From the IMG/VR virus record IMGVR_UViG_3300009104_001827, positions 1 through 64,000 of that record: a stretch of DNA of 64,000 nucleotides. One strand, 5' to 3'. Positions 50,584 to 61,257 of this stretch are shown here, one piece after another (position 1 is the first letter of the stretch; each line of letters starts with the position of its first letter). Under the pieces are notes generated by a model that saw nothing but the letters and a program-made list of their open reading frames with translations, searched no databases and was not told the DNA's origin. Made by a program: the position numbers and the translations under genes.

Positions 50584-51261
50584 TTAGAAAGTTACGTTTA
50601 GGCCAATGCCCCAAACCGTCTCATTATTGCGGGATTCTGTATCCGACAAGGCTACGTCAGCAAAAACATTAAACTGATCGTTAATCGTTCGAGAAACCTT
50701 TGCAGTCAAGCCTGTATAGGTTTCATTTTCTGAGACCAACGTGTCAGTAGATCCTAGCGTTCCTCCCAGATCAAGCATTGCAAGATCGAGATCCACGCTA
50801 TAGGTTAATTGCCCTTCAAAAGTCTGAAGACTCTCGTCCGTGTTTTGATAGAATGCAATTGTGGGAGTAAGCGCAGTATTAAGCGAGATGGAAACGAATC
50901 CTTCAAGATCAGAATCTGCTGCCGTGCTATGATCTGTATTGTATACTCCAAGATAAGTATTCAGAAGATTATCCATAAAGGACGTACCCACCCCTAGGGT
51001 AAGCTCATCTGTATCTCCTCCGAGAGAAGCCGTGCTTTGATTCGTTTGGAAGTTTCCAAACACGTCAACTCCCGAGAACTCACTAGAGAATCCAACCCGT
51101 GCCTGGACTGCTTCCTCTGAAAGTAGAGCTCCCCTTCGTGCATAATCCGAAGTGTATTTTGTGCTAACGTTTCCATTAAAGGATTCGTTGGCGGCGTTTA
51201 AACTTACTGCCCCTAAAAGCAAGGCAGTAAAGGATATTGTTAGTTTGGTTTTATTTTTCAT
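50584..51261 (-). CDS. Outer-membrane beta-barrel (porin-like) protein
   Basis: Signal peptide, YTSDYARRG, alternating beta strands, terminal WGIGLNVTF. Confidence 0.75.
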   Translation of the reverse strand: MKNKTKLTISFTALLLGAVSLNAANESFNGNVSTKYTSDYARRGALLSEEAVQARVGFSSEFSGVDVFGNFQTNQSTASLGGDTDELTLGVGTSFMDNLLNTYLGVYNTDHSTAADSDLEGFVSISLNTALTPTIAFYQNTDESLQTFEGQLTYSVDLDLAMLDLGGTLGSTDTLVSENETYTGLTAKVSRTINDQFNVFADVALSDTESRNNETVWGIGLNVTF

Positions 51262-51305
51262 AAAGTTATAATAATAGTCTATATTTCTATATTTGTCAAG
51301 TAAAA

Positions 51306-51905
51306 TTACGCTATTCTAATGGTTTTCCATGATACGCAGTTATTTTCTATTAACTTTTTAATGTGGCGCTGCTTTGGGCTCAGCTGGGCCTTTCCGCTTT
51401 TTATTTCTGTGAAAACCACCTCATCATCCTCAAATACAACATAATCTATAGGCTGCCCTAGGAATATTGCGTTCTCTGGATTGTAGGTAAAGTCTTCAAG
51501 GAAGGGCGCCAACTTCTCGGCTATATGCCCAAGCCTAACCTCTCCGCTTTTCTTTTGGGATAGTATCTTCTTTCTGGCCTCGGTTTCCTCTGTCAATTTT
51601 TTAGATAGCGCCACCGCGCTTTCTTCAAGCTTATTTTTTTCCTTATTAAAATCAGATCTCTCTATCTTGAGGTTATCGTTGGCTGTTGCGAGGGTCTCTC
51701 TTAGGCCTAGAATCGTGGAACAAAGTGTTTCTTGAGATTTCGCACAAGACTTTAACTCGTCCTTGTATTGCTCTAATTGATCGTCAGTAAGCTTAAGCTT
51801 CGCATCCGCCCGGGATATCTTGCCGCTTTCCCTTAGCAATTTTACATTCAGCAAAATAACTACCGCGACAAGCGCGGAGATAACCAATGATAGTCCAAGT
51901 ATCAT
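51306..51905 (-). CDS. Membrane-anchored Holliday-junction-resolvase-like endonuclease
   Basis: TM, coiled coil, then GHIAEKLAPF, FLGQPIDYVVF, EIKSG. Confidence 0.75.
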   Translation of the reverse strand: MILGLSLVISALVAVVILLNVKLLRESGKISRADAKLKLTDDQLEQYKDELKSCAKSQETLCSTILGLRETLATANDNLKIERSDFNKEKNKLEESAVALSKKLTEETEARKKILSQKKSGEVRLGHIAEKLAPFLEDFTYNPENAIFLGQPIDYVVFEDDEVVFTEIKSGKAQLSPKQRHIKKLIENNCVSWKTIRIA

Positions 51906-52291
51906 TCAGTGGATATATTATTCTTCTCGCAATAAGCGACACTATACCCCACCTTAAAGCTGAAACGCTCAACAAATAAAACCATGCCCATAATGACCCA
52001 TGGCTCCCACGTATCAATCTTAAAATTGGAGAATATTAAAAACCCAATAATAATTAATGGGCAGAATTTATTTAACGAATAATCAAGAATCGCCTGCATC
52101 TTTTTTCTTTTTTGAGGGTTTTTTATGCGCCCAAGTCACTGCGGGCTCTATAATAAATTTCCTATTAAGTTCATCTGTAATGTCTGAAGCTATAGTATCC
52201 ACTGTACTCTCTTCCCCAAGAGAAAGTTTATACTTTTTATAACTCCCAATAGTTCTCTTTATTGTCTCTTTTAGATTAATTTTGTTCATGT

Positions 52292-52717
52292 TTAAATGTC
52301 TGTGCTCCCAAAGCCTCCATCTCCTCTGTCGGAGTCAGAGAGGTTACTGTCTTCTGTTATTTTCATAAATGGAATTTCAAATACAAGTAACTGTCCAATT
52401 TTATCTTGTATATCATACTCTTTATTTGTATCATTGTCAATACTAAACCTTAATTTTATTTCTCCCCTGTACCCTGCGTCGATAACGCCAACGCAATTTC
52501 TTAGCATTAAATTTGTTTTTGATACGCTTGACCTCGAAAAAAGAAGGCCGACACAGAAAGCCGGGATCTCCATTGCAAGCCCCGTACCATACTCGATAAA
52601 GCTGTATTTTTTATTTACCTCTTTAGAAATTGCCACAAGATCAATTCCTGCATCAGTGGGATGCGCTCTGCTTGGGATCTGCGCTTTAGGGTCTAATTTT
52701 TTGAATTTAATATACAT
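52292..52717 (-). CDS. dut: Trimeric dUTPase
   Basis: AGIDL, RSS, GVIDAGYRGEI, RGDGGFGST. Confidence 0.95.
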   Translation of the reverse strand: MYIKFKKLDPKAQIPSRAHPTDAGIDLVAISKEVNKKYSFIEYGTGLAMEIPAFCVGLLFSRSSVSKTNLMLRNCVGVIDAGYRGEIKLRFSIDNDTNKEYDIQDKIGQLLVFEIPFMKITEDSNLSDSDRGDGGFGSTDI

Positions 52718-53181
52718 TGCTGTTCCACTGTTATATTTGCCTTTTTTAAAAAATTGATCGCCTCCTGAGATTTATAAAATTCCCTAAACACGACTCTTTT
52801 TATTCCTGATTGAATTATTAGTTTTGAGCATTCTACGCATGGGGATATTGTTATGTACATTGTTGCTCCATCACTCGACTGAGTGGATTTCGCTAGTTTA
52901 GTAATTGCGTTACTCTCCGCATGAAGAACTTCCGGCTTTGTTTTAAGTTTGTAGGTGCCCTCAACTAACTGACCCTCATCATCTACGACCAACTTAGGAG
53001 AAGGAACCTTGATTTCGCACTCATTATTAAATCCCGAAGGGGTTCCGTTGTATCCATCTGAAATAATTGCTCCATCCTTAACAATTAGACAACCCACTTT
53101 TCTTCTTAAGGCTTTAGAAAGTTGTCCCCAAGTATTCGCCATGTCTAAATAGGCCCTATCAAAATCTGCCTGCGACGGCAT
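52693..53181 (-). CDS. dCMP deaminase
   Basis: GYNGTPSG, HAESNA, SPCVEC. Confidence 0.93.
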   Translation of the reverse strand: MPSQADFDRAYLDMANTWGQLSKALRRKVGCLIVKDGAIISDGYNGTPSGFNNECEIKVPSPKLVVDDEGQLVEGTYKLKTKPEVLHAESNAITKLAKSTQSSDGATMYITISPCVECSKLIIQSGIKRVVFREFYKSQEAINFLKKANITVEQQCILNSKN

Positions 53182-53337
53182 ATTAATTAATTTCCCATGT
53201 CTGGCGATTCATTTTAAATTGCTTTACTTTATACCACCAAAAAAAGGGAAGTGCAAGGGCGTGTCCTATAACATATATAATTACTAATGTCCCAAGCCAC
53301 ACCCAGAAGCTACTGAAAATAAATTGAAAAAAATCTG

Positions 53338-53835
53338 TCACTTCTCCCAAACCTGTGCGCCTTCAAGTTGAATAATATCCTTGGAAAGGATCTGCGTAAT
53401 TTGACATCGAGTTTTAGGGTTTTGGTAAATTCTGTATTTCGCTTCTCGCGGCGTAGCTACAAAAGGTAGATCCCACCTGATTTTGCCCTTGGAAGAATTA
53501 ACGTAATCAAGTAAGGCTTTCCTGCTCACCACAATGTAGTCATGGCTTCGTTCAAAAGCAATAAAGTGTGCAATTCCATAAATCCAGCCATCTACCCCTC
53601 CGCTACCTTTAAATTCAATCCAGATCCATCTGTCCAAATACTTTGAGGGTTTCGGGGACTTCCTTCGCTTGACCGCGACAAGCATATGCACCTCTTTATT
53701 TCTTGCCTTATAGACTCCCTTCATGTTGAAGTCTATTCCCTTTCTTGACATCTCTCTGGAGCACTTTTCTATTTTGTACCCCCTATCTAGGGCCAAATCG
53801 AGGAAACTTTTTGCTTCCGGCTCTATGACTTCCAT
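53338..53835 (-). CDS. PD-(D/E)xK-like nuclease
   Basis: IDF...VKRR...WIEFK...GWIYG.A..IAFE. Confidence 0.5.
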   Translation of the reverse strand: MEVIEPEAKSFLDLALDRGYKIEKCSREMSRKGIDFNMKGVYKARNKEVHMLVAVKRRKSPKPSKYLDRWIWIEFKGSGGVDGWIYGIAHFIAFERSHDYIVVSRKALLDYVNSSKGKIRWDLPFVATPREAKYRIYQNPKTRCQITQILSKDIIQLEGAQVWEK

Positions 53836-54059
53836 TTTAGGTTACCAAATTTTATTAGGTTTTTCGACTTCCTTGACGATTATTTCGCTATCTTCCTTTG
53901 ACAGACCAAGGGTTTTGTGAGATAAAGCTAGTGCGCTCCGTAATTTTGCCGCTCTTTCCTGGGCGGATTTACGAGAAGAATAATTTATGTCCTCGACCCT
54001 TCTGCCGTTTCGAGTAACAACAAAGACGCTAGAAATTTTAGGCATTTTTGCCAACGTAA

Positions 54060-54383
54060 CTATGCCGTTGTCGTTGTGGTTTCTTCTGACGTTTCGTCAG
54101 TGGTTTCTTCTGACGTTTCGTCAGTGGTTTCTTCTGACGTTTCACCAGTGGTTTCCTCCTCGCCAGGACCATCTCCGGATTCCCTCAACTCTTGGGCAAT
54201 TTCTTGCGCGCGAATATTTGTCAAGACCTCCTCAATTTGGGCGTCCTCCATGCCTTCTACCTCTTCCTTTGCTCTCTCGAGCGCCTTCTCTTGTACAATT
54301 TGAAGGGTTTGCTGCAAGGTGGCTTGCTGTAGGAAGGAGTTGGCGAGGGCCAATGTGACTTTATTTTTATCTGTATCGTTCAT
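54060..54383 (-). CDS. Acidic protein with EETT(D/G)ETS repeats
   Basis: 24-bp tandem repeat in the 3' part of the gene. Confidence 0.75.
   Translation of the reverse strand: MNDTDKNKVTLALANSFLQQATLQQTLQIVQEKALERAKEEVEGMEDAQIEEVLTNIRAQEIAQELRESGDGPGEEETTGETSEETTDETSEETTDETSEETTTTTA
54076..54158. repeat. 24-bp coding tandem repeat (about 3.5 copies)
   Basis: GTGGTTTCTTCTGACGTTTCGTCA repeated. Confidence 0.85.
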
Positions 54384-54639
54384 ATGTAGTTAAGTTATTG
54401 GGTTAATGTTCAATTTAATTATAGAATCTAAGATGCACTTTATAAAATTTATTTTTCATTTTTTTTGTTTTTTTCTTGAGCAGTATTTATCTCTAAAACT
54501 TTCGCGATGCATCCCGTCAGGGACCCGCTCCTGCAGGTCTCATTAAACATTGCTCTTGCTGTTTGCTTATCCAGTGCGTGATAATATCTTTTGTGAGGGG
54601 ACTTGTCCCCATCTAGCTCGTATTTAACTAAAAAAAGAC

Positions 54640-55011
54640 TCATTGCTTATTACTCTTGAGTACACGCTTAATTCGTATCTTTTCCCCGTGCATTAGTAAT
54701 AAGTTTAGAAATTTAGAAATTTTATTTCTCTGAAGCGTTTTTCGTGACTCCTTCATGGGAACACCATAGGTTCTCGTCGCTCCTAAGAAATCTTTATAAG
54801 CCCTATTGAAAGATTTGAAATCTTCCCGAGACAACTCTTGCTCGAGCGACAAAATATCCGCATGATTGCAAACTAAGGTTCCTATTTGAGCTACAATGGT
54901 TGTGTTGTCTTTTTTGGAAACAATCCTTTTTCCTTCCACAGTCGCGCCAATATTAGGCGCATCTCCTGGGGAATCTTTTGACTTGAAGAAGGACTTTAGT
55001 TTCTCGAACAT
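54640..55011 (-). CDS. Hypothetical protein
   Basis: 123 aa, starts 5 nt after the tmRNA 3' end. Confidence 0.65.
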   Translation of the reverse strand: MFEKLKSFFKSKDSPGDAPNIGATVEGKRIVSKKDNTTIVAQIGTLVCNHADILSLEQELSREDFKSFNRAYKDFLGATRTYGVPMKESRKTLQRNKISKFLNLLLMHGEKIRIKRVLKSNKQ

Positions 55012-55015
55012 AAAT

Positions 55016-55391
<376 letters not shown>

Positions 55392-55414
55392 AAAGGATTT
55401 TCCCTAGATTAATA

Positions 55415-55723
55415 TTACACCAAAGCAGCGGGAAGTTCTTCGGAAGCTTTCTCCGTGCTTTCTGTGGACGCCTGGTCCGAGGTTGTTGATGCCGCAGCCT
55501 CAGGAGATACCGAACGATACATCACGTAATCGGGCGCACGCTCGTTTTCTGTCTTGCCCTTATTGGAAAAGACTACTACCTTCACCTTTTCTGTTACCCC
55601 AGGCATGGTTTCGATTTCGACATGACCAGTGAGGTACTTCTGGCCTTTGCCCTGGCGTACCCACAAAGCTCCGAGCTCTCGTTCACGCCATTCTGAATTA
55701 GTGTTTTCTTTTGTTTCACTCAT
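55415..55723 (-). CDS. DUF736-like putative ssDNA-binding protein
   Basis: LGALW...YLTG...N..K.....PDY with an acidic tail. Confidence 0.55.
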   Translation of the reverse strand: MSETKENTNSEWRERELGALWVRQGKGQKYLTGHVEIETMPGVTEKVKVVVFSNKGKTENERAPDYVMYRSVSPEAAASTTSDQASTESTEKASEELPAALV

Positions 55724-55799
55724 AGTTTTTAATTGTTAAGGATATAGTATAGGTTATTTTGAATAGAATGTCAAGAACTTTTTTTGTGTAAATTGGGAT

Positions 55800-56105
55800 G
55801 TGTTGCTTTTAATTGATTCTGAACTCACTGAACCGCCTTCATCGGTGACGCTGTTTAGGGATATAACGCTTTATGCTGCCACCTTTAAAAAGATGGACAT
55901 AATTCTGGAGGCAAAACCCGTAATGCAGGACTACTATTATAAATGGCTCAAGGAGCGCGGCGCATTTGACTTTATAAAGGACATATTGGACTACGAAAAG
56001 GAGTACGGCAAAACAATTCGATATAGGTTCGGCGGTCACGCAGGAAACGTTAGTGTGAGAAGTATAGGTTACCATAACTTTCAAAGGATTATAGGCTCAA
56101 TTTAA
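55800..56105 (+). CDS. Hypothetical protein (isolated + strand gene)
   Basis: 101 aa with GTGTAA 8 nt upstream. Confidence 0.65.
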   Translation: MLLLIDSELTEPPSSVTLFRDITLYAATFKKMDIILEAKPVMQDYYYKWLKERGAFDFIKDILDYEKEYGKTIRYRFGGHAGNVSVRSIGYHNFQRIIGSI

Positions 56106-56887
56106 TACTTAAAGTAGTCAAAAGACGAATGATTATAGGAAAACCTTCCCAAATATATCTTTCTAGAGTCTCCGCCTGACTCATACCCCTTCGTAATCGG
56201 AGACCAATTTGGAAACTCACCTGAGATAACCCTTAAGAGGTTGTGTTCTATTTTCCATGGATCAACACTGTGAAGACTGTTGAAAAGAGTGAGATACTTA
56301 ATTGCAATCTTCTCTCTTGTCTTTGACGGAAAAATAGGATAGACCGTAGCAAACGTTCCTGCCTTCCGCCTGGAAAACTCAATCCCGTGAGGGTTTTTGG
56401 GTATGTGAAGTTGGAAAAATTTATTTAAGAAAAATATTAATGGCCTGCTGAAGATATATGAGTATCTATCTTCGCTCACCTGATCGCCAGCGAAGCTTAT
56501 TACGTTCACTTTCTTTGGGCAAGTCTTAATATATGCTGACTTTGTAATTACTTGGGATTCAATATTAAATTTGAGCCCGAGATTGACGCCCGCAAGGCCA
56601 GTGTCCCTGTTCCCCAGGCAAGCGGAGCTATTTGAGCAAAGATTTAATAGGGCTGATTTATATCTCGAGCTACTTGTGAAGCCCCTCAAAAAGCGATCTG
56701 AAAATTTTGGAAATTCGTCTAGTATTTTGCAGTATCCCTTGATGGAGATGATCTTGTCGCGCGTATAATTAATTCCTACTCCATCCAGGCACCTGTGGAC
56801 AATTTTGAATTGCCTGCAATAATCCCCAAACTCCTTGAACTCCTCGCGCGAGAAAGTTTTATGGAGGTGATTAAGTATGTCGTCCAC
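56102..56887 (-). CDS. Hypothetical protein
   Basis: 261-aa ORF at the end of the enzyme cluster. Confidence 0.65.
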   Translation of the reverse strand: MDDILNHLHKTFSREEFKEFGDYCRQFKIVHRCLDGVGINYTRDKIISIKGYCKILDEFPKFSDRFLRGFTSSSRYKSALLNLCSNSSACLGNRDTGLAGVNLGLKFNIESQVITKSAYIKTCPKKVNVISFAGDQVSEDRYSYIFSRPLIFFLNKFFQLHIPKNPHGIEFSRRKAGTFATVYPIFPSKTREKIAIKYLTLFNSLHSVDPWKIEHNLLRVISGEFPNWSPITKGYESGGDSRKIYLGRFSYNHSSFDYFKY

Positions 56888-56923
56888 TGTCTTTGTTTTT
56901 TTGTCGAAAAATTTTTTTCAATC

Positions 56924-57580
56924 TTACGTTATATTAAAATGAGTCGAGTATGCTGATTTGCAGATTTCATAGAAAAAATAATTCTCTTTAGGGGTATACT
57001 CAGGGGAAAGACAAACAAAAAGATAGTCAAAATCTATGCTAAGTATTTCTTTGTTTAATCTAGTCTCAACAAATATTGAGGGCTTCTGCTTGATGCAAAA
57101 ATCCTCGCTATCGTGCGTAAAGGCAAGCTTGCTAGTAAAAAGAACATTTCTCGCATCAATAATGTCATAGCTTCTGTCCTTGTAATACGCTTCACAGAAC
57201 AATTCCACCATCTCTTCTGAGAATTCCTCTGAATAGGGCTGCTTGATCCAGGTATAAGAATTAAGATTTAAGTTTAGCGCAGACCATAATACCCAATCTG
57301 ATGAGCCTGCTATGCCCGCTCGAACTTCGGCAATTGATGCTTCCTTCTCATAAAAAATATCATGATGGAGATCTACGTTATAGATGTCGAGCTCTCCGTC
57401 GATGCCGTTAAGCATATCTAGTATATCTGCATGATACTGTGCCAATGCCACCCTAGACTTATCTTTTATCCCATGCAGCGCTTTAATAAATAAATCGAAA
57501 ACCTCGACCATATCATGTGTGTCCAGGCAATAATCTATATCTATGGATAATATTTTTTTATTCATTGAAGCAAAAAACAT
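56924..57580 (-). CDS. UPF0489/arginase-fold-like metallohydrolase
   Basis: SIDIDY, QYH, NVDLHHD, CLSPEYTP. Confidence 0.6.
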   Translation of the reverse strand: MFFASMNKKILSIDIDYCLDTHDMVEVFDLFIKALHGIKDKSRVALAQYHADILDMLNGIDGELDIYNVDLHHDIFYEKEASIAEVRAGIAGSSDWVLWSALNLNLNSYTWIKQPYSEEFSEEMVELFCEAYYKDRSYDIIDARNVLFTSKLAFTHDSEDFCIKQKPSIFVETRLNKEILSIDFDYLFVCLSPEYTPKENYFFYEICKSAYSTHFNIT

Positions 57581-58079
57581 TTACCTGAATCATCGGGGCG
57601 TCACATTCGAGGAGTATGTCGAAAAACCTATCTGCCTTGGGCGGCGCGCTCACTAACCTATTATGTTTGGGGTGACACCTATGATACTTTGCTTCTTGTC
57701 GTAATTGCAGAGGTAGGATCTCATTAGGGGAATAAAAAAGAGAGCCCCCCGTAAAGTTGGCGCCCTCGGACAAAAAATATATGACGTGTTTATTAATATC
57801 TCTGCCGTCATACTGCTGGTAATCATGAGGGCCCAGGGGTATGCTCTTGGCGGAAAAGGAATTTACGAGACACCCGTGGTCAGGCAAGGGGTCTTCGTAT
57901 CCAAGGTCCTCAAGAATACGAGCAGAAAGCCTGTTGAAAAATTTATTATTTATATTTTTAACGCTGTCGTGTAGAATTTTCGATTTGAATTTTCTAAGTT
58001 TATAGCGACGAGTAATATCGCTTGCACAAAAGTCAGCGAGGCGCGTCGGCAGAAAATCATCTTGGACTTCAATTTTCAC
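57558..58079 (-). CDS. 2OG-Fe(II) oxygenase-like protein (possibly degenerate)
   Basis: PHD, FTGGSLF, PKHNRLV; canonical HxD spacing and distal His not evident. Confidence 0.5.
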   Translation of the reverse strand: MKIEVQDDFLPTRLADFCASDITRRYKLRKFKSKILHDSVKNINNKFFNRLSARILEDLGYEDPLPDHGCLVNSFSAKSIPLGPHDYQQYDGRDINKHVIYFLSEGANFTGGSLFYSPNEILPLQLRQEAKYHRCHPKHNRLVSAPPKADRFFDILLECDAPMIQVNVFCFNE

Positions 58080-58707
58080 TTTTCGAAAAAGACTTAAGTA
58101 ATACCTGAGACGGTACTACCTTGTTGAAATTATTTTTTGTAGTATTAAATATTTTAAGCCACCCAAACAATCTTCCCACCATCGGAAAGTATGATATATA
58201 GTCTCTGGGAACTTCCGCATCTAAAAGTAAAGCGGACATAGCGCAACCAACATTCATATGTACCGGCAACATCTCTTCCAGGGTAAGACAAAACCTCATT
58301 CGCTCCCTAATAAGATCCGGGAATGAGCGTATTAAGAATTTTACGCGGGGATCTCCGCCCCTAATTGAAGGATGCCCAAAGCCCGGAACCCTTTGGTCGG
58401 CGCAATGATATTCTCCGTAGACAACATCGGGGGAGCGTTGGTAATTTTCCTCGATAAAATATGCTATCTCATTGATTAATAAATGCTTGTCGCTTACGCA
58501 ATTTAGCCCTGCTGCTGCAGCGCTAGGAAATGAGGCCCCGCAATTCGCCGCAAGCGCAACCACGCAAGAACTCGGCGGCTCTGCAGGTTCCGGAAACTCA
58601 ATAAAGCTTGAGCAAATCGTGCTGCATAGCTCGTAAACTCTTTCGTCTTCCGTCTCTATGTTTAAATGAGAAAATATTGTTTTAAAAAAATTATATTCTA
58701 CATTCAT
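58069..58707 (-). CDS. Citrate-synthase/citryl-CoA-lyase-fold protein
   Basis: PPSS..VALAANCG, VPGFGHP...DPR, MNV, R..GW. Confidence 0.65.
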   Translation of the reverse strand: MNVEYNFFKTIFSHLNIETEDERVYELCSTICSSFIEFPEPAEPPSSCVVALAANCGASFPSAAAAGLNCVSDKHLLINEIAYFIEENYQRSPDVVYGEYHCADQRVPGFGHPSIRGGDPRVKFLIRSFPDLIRERMRFCLTLEEMLPVHMNVGCAMSALLLDAEVPRDYISYFPMVGRLFGWLKIFNTTKNNFNKVVPSQVLLKSFSKSEN

Positions 58708-59281
58708 ATTTATTCGCTACAATCTCGTAATCTAGTTTGGATTTCTTTGCAATATTTAAACAGCTATTAAATGAGGGTTTATTGTTTGTGGATATTTCCG
58801 TTAATACAAATTCAATACCTTTAATCCTGAGGGCTTCAAGAACCTTCGCGTGTAATTTCGTCGCAAGGCCTTGATTCCTATAAGCCTTTGCAATGACCGT
58901 AATAACTCCCACTGCGATTTTTTTATCGAGATCATATACTTGATTGAGGCATGTAGATGCGCAGCTAAAGGCAATTGGAACACTGGGCTCCTCAAAGGGG
59001 CCTGCGGAGACAAGGTATGCCGGATCTTGATTGATTAGCGTAGGTCTGACCTCTAGTGAGAAAAAATTATCTACATTCTTTCTTGTTGCCTTGAGTGGAA
59101 GATGGAGGCCCTCGTTTTCATTGAACGCCGCAAGGAGTAAATCCTTTATTTCTACCTCATCCGCCAGAGTGGCCTCCCTCATTAATCTATCATTAGGTAA
59201 TAACTTCACAATCCACCTCCAATAGCGATGATAGATCTCCACCTCCAGCATAACTAATTGCGCTCTGGAGGTCTTGTTCAA
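58691..59281 (-). CDS. GNAT acetyltransferase
   Basis: AYRNQGLATKL motif A and N.PS; true start may be downstream of the guaC overlap. Confidence 0.75.
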   Translation of the reverse strand: MNKTSRAQLVMLEVEIYHRYWRWIVKLLPNDRLMREATLADEVEIKDLLLAAFNENEGLHLPLKATRKNVDNFFSLEVRPTLINQDPAYLVSAGPFEEPSVPIAFSCASTCLNQVYDLDKKIAVGVITVIAKAYRNQGLATKLHAKVLEALRIKGIEFVLTEISTNNKPSFNSCLNIAKKSKLDYEIVANKYECRI

Positions 59282-60179
59282 TCTCTAAAAGTTTTTCAGA
59301 ATACGAGAACCCGCTTGCAGTAATCTCTCTCTGAACTCCCTCGACGTGATTTCTGTGACCTTTATTCTCTGCGCTGGCAGAACCAAAATAAGCTTTTCGT
59401 TTTAAGCCATCGGCACAAAGAATCGTCTTCGCCGGACTGTCGTTGCAACCCGCAAATAAAGCGCCAGCCATAACCATAAAGGCGCCCGCATGAATTGCCT
59501 TAGCAATATCCCCGGAGGAAGTTATGCCCCCATCGGCAATAATTGGAACTTTGTCGTCGCCCGTTCCGGCATATACTCCAGCACATTTTTGCACACAAGA
59601 AAACATTGGCATTGTGAATCCTGTCTTATCTTTTGTAGTACAAGGACTTCCTTGTCCGATGCCCACCTTAACTATAGACGCTCCCCATTTATATAAGTCC
59701 CTTACCGCCAACTCTGTCGTTACATTGCCCGCAATGATTTTGCACCCATCCATAAAACAGGCGGGCGCCTGCTGGAGTAGGAACTTAATCATTTTTTCCA
59801 TTTTCCTGCAATGGCCATGTGCAATATCGATTGTAATATAATCTACTCTAAGATTTTCGTTTGAAATTTGTTTAATTATATGCTCATCTTCTGTTTGTAC
59901 TCCAATGCTAATTGAAATTGTCTTCCAATTTTCTTTATTTGCTTTACGCACAAAGTCTACAATATCTATATTAAATCTATGCATGATGTAGAAATAATGA
60001 TTCTCTGATAGCCACCGCGCCAAACCCTCATCTATGACCGACTTCATGTTTGCGGGAATGATGGGCAGCTTGAACGAATCTCCATTGAAAAGGGAGACTG
60101 AGGTGTCGCATTCTGAGCGAGAACTGCAATCACTATACCTAGGGACTAGGCAAACATCTGAGTATTTAAACAGTTTCAT
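59193..60179 (-). CDS. guaC: GMP reductase
   Basis: YSDVCLVP, PANM, TIDIAHGH, KVGIGQGSPCTT, IIADGGI, YFGSAS, DLQSAISYAG. Confidence 0.92.
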   Translation of the reverse strand: MKLFKYSDVCLVPRYSDCSSRSECDTSVSLFNGDSFKLPIIPANMKSVIDEGLARWLSENHYFYIMHRFNIDIVDFVRKANKENWKTISISIGVQTEDEHIIKQISNENLRVDYITIDIAHGHCRKMEKMIKFLLQQAPACFMDGCKIIAGNVTTELAVRDLYKWGASIVKVGIGQGSPCTTKDKTGFTMPMFSCVQKCAGVYAGTGDDKVPIIADGGITSSGDIAKAIHAGAFMVMAGALFAGCNDSPAKTILCADGLKRKAYFGSASAENKGHRNHVEGVQREITASGFSYSEKLLEIEQDLQSAISYAGGGDLSSLLEVDCEVIT

Positions 60180-61200
60180 ATTGTCGATTGATAAGGGAGT
60201 TAATGGTTCCGAAATGTGCCAGATGAACTGCCCGACTGAAAAGATCACTCTTGAACAATCCAGAAAATAAATAAGCATCTATATTTCTATCATCTATAAA
60301 GTCCCTACTCACGCTAATTGAATTCGTAAGGCTTTCTGCGTAATGCCCCGTCATTGATGGAACATATATAACGTCTCCGGCCTGGATATCATTAACATAA
60401 ACATCGATCGAGCTCATAACTTCTAAAAGTTTACCTGCTTCGGTGGAATTCAATTGAGAAACAATTCTAATGCTGTCCCCCTCTAAAGAAAACCTTAACG
60501 ATTCCAGTAAGGGATTATCAAACTTACCCTCAAGAAATATCTGTTGATCTGGAGGAATAATAAAAAACCTTTTAATGCCACAGCACTGCTGAATCGTCGT
60601 GTGAATATCGTCATGGTCGCTGTGTAATTCGCTAAGTGTTCCTTTGGGGCCTATAAAAAACCAAGTGTGCATATGCCCGTATACTACCGCATCCCTGAAG
60701 GTAGGTAAATATCTGTCGAACCAATCTCCAAAAAATGACGGGCAAGAGACGTGCTTTATGAAATCTTCTAGGTGCTCGCAATTTAACGCAAGGCAATATA
60801 GTTTATCTTCTATAGTGAAATCGCTAAAAGTCGTATCTCCTGACGAAGGGTGGTAAACCATTGCATTCTTGAGCGGACTGCCCTCAATAATATAGTCTAT
60901 ATATTGATGTAGGGTTGCTGTGATCTGCTCCTCATTTTGACAGAGCGAGCGCTTTAGCTTAATCTCCTTGTCTGGCAATCTTTGTTTAAAATTATCAAAA
61001 TTTAACGTTCTTGCTAGCTCGTTATCTATAGCGTCTTTAAAGACGCAGGGTTTATCTCTGTCCAGCTGAAAATCTACCGCAGAGGGGCGCGGTTTGTACT
61101 GTAAGCTAAGCTTAGGTTTAACACAAGCCTTATTCACTTGTGAAAAACCCAATACCATCCCTGATGCACCAAGATATACAAAGTCCGGCGGCGCCCACAA
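60166..61200 (-). CDS. JmjC/cupin 2OG-Fe(II) oxygenase
   Basis: FIGPKGTLSELHSD, G.KRF, GDVIYVPS..GH; start uncertain. Confidence 0.8.
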   Translation of the reverse strand: MWAPPDFVYLGASGMVLGFSQVNKACVKPKLSLQYKPRPSAVDFQLDRDKPCVFKDAIDNELARTLNFDNFKQRLPDKEIKLKRSLCQNEEQITATLHQYIDYIIEGSPLKNAMVYHPSSGDTTFSDFTIEDKLYCLALNCEHLEDFIKHVSCPSFFGDWFDRYLPTFRDAVVYGHMHTWFFIGPKGTLSELHSDHDDIHTTIQQCCGIKRFFIIPPDQQIFLEGKFDNPLLESLRFSLEGDSIRIVSQLNSTEAGKLLEVMSSIDVYVNDIQAGDVIYVPSMTGHYAESLTNSISVSRDFIDDRNIDAYLFSGLFKSDLFSRAVHLAHFGTINSLINRQYETV

Positions 61201-61257
61201 TCCAGTCTCCCGGAAAAAATTCTGGGTAAGTTGAATTTGCTGCTGCTAATAGTTCGA

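Noticed and set aside
54076-54158. Regulatory or guide repeat array
   Set aside because: In-frame 24-bp coding repeat producing a low-complexity acidic tail
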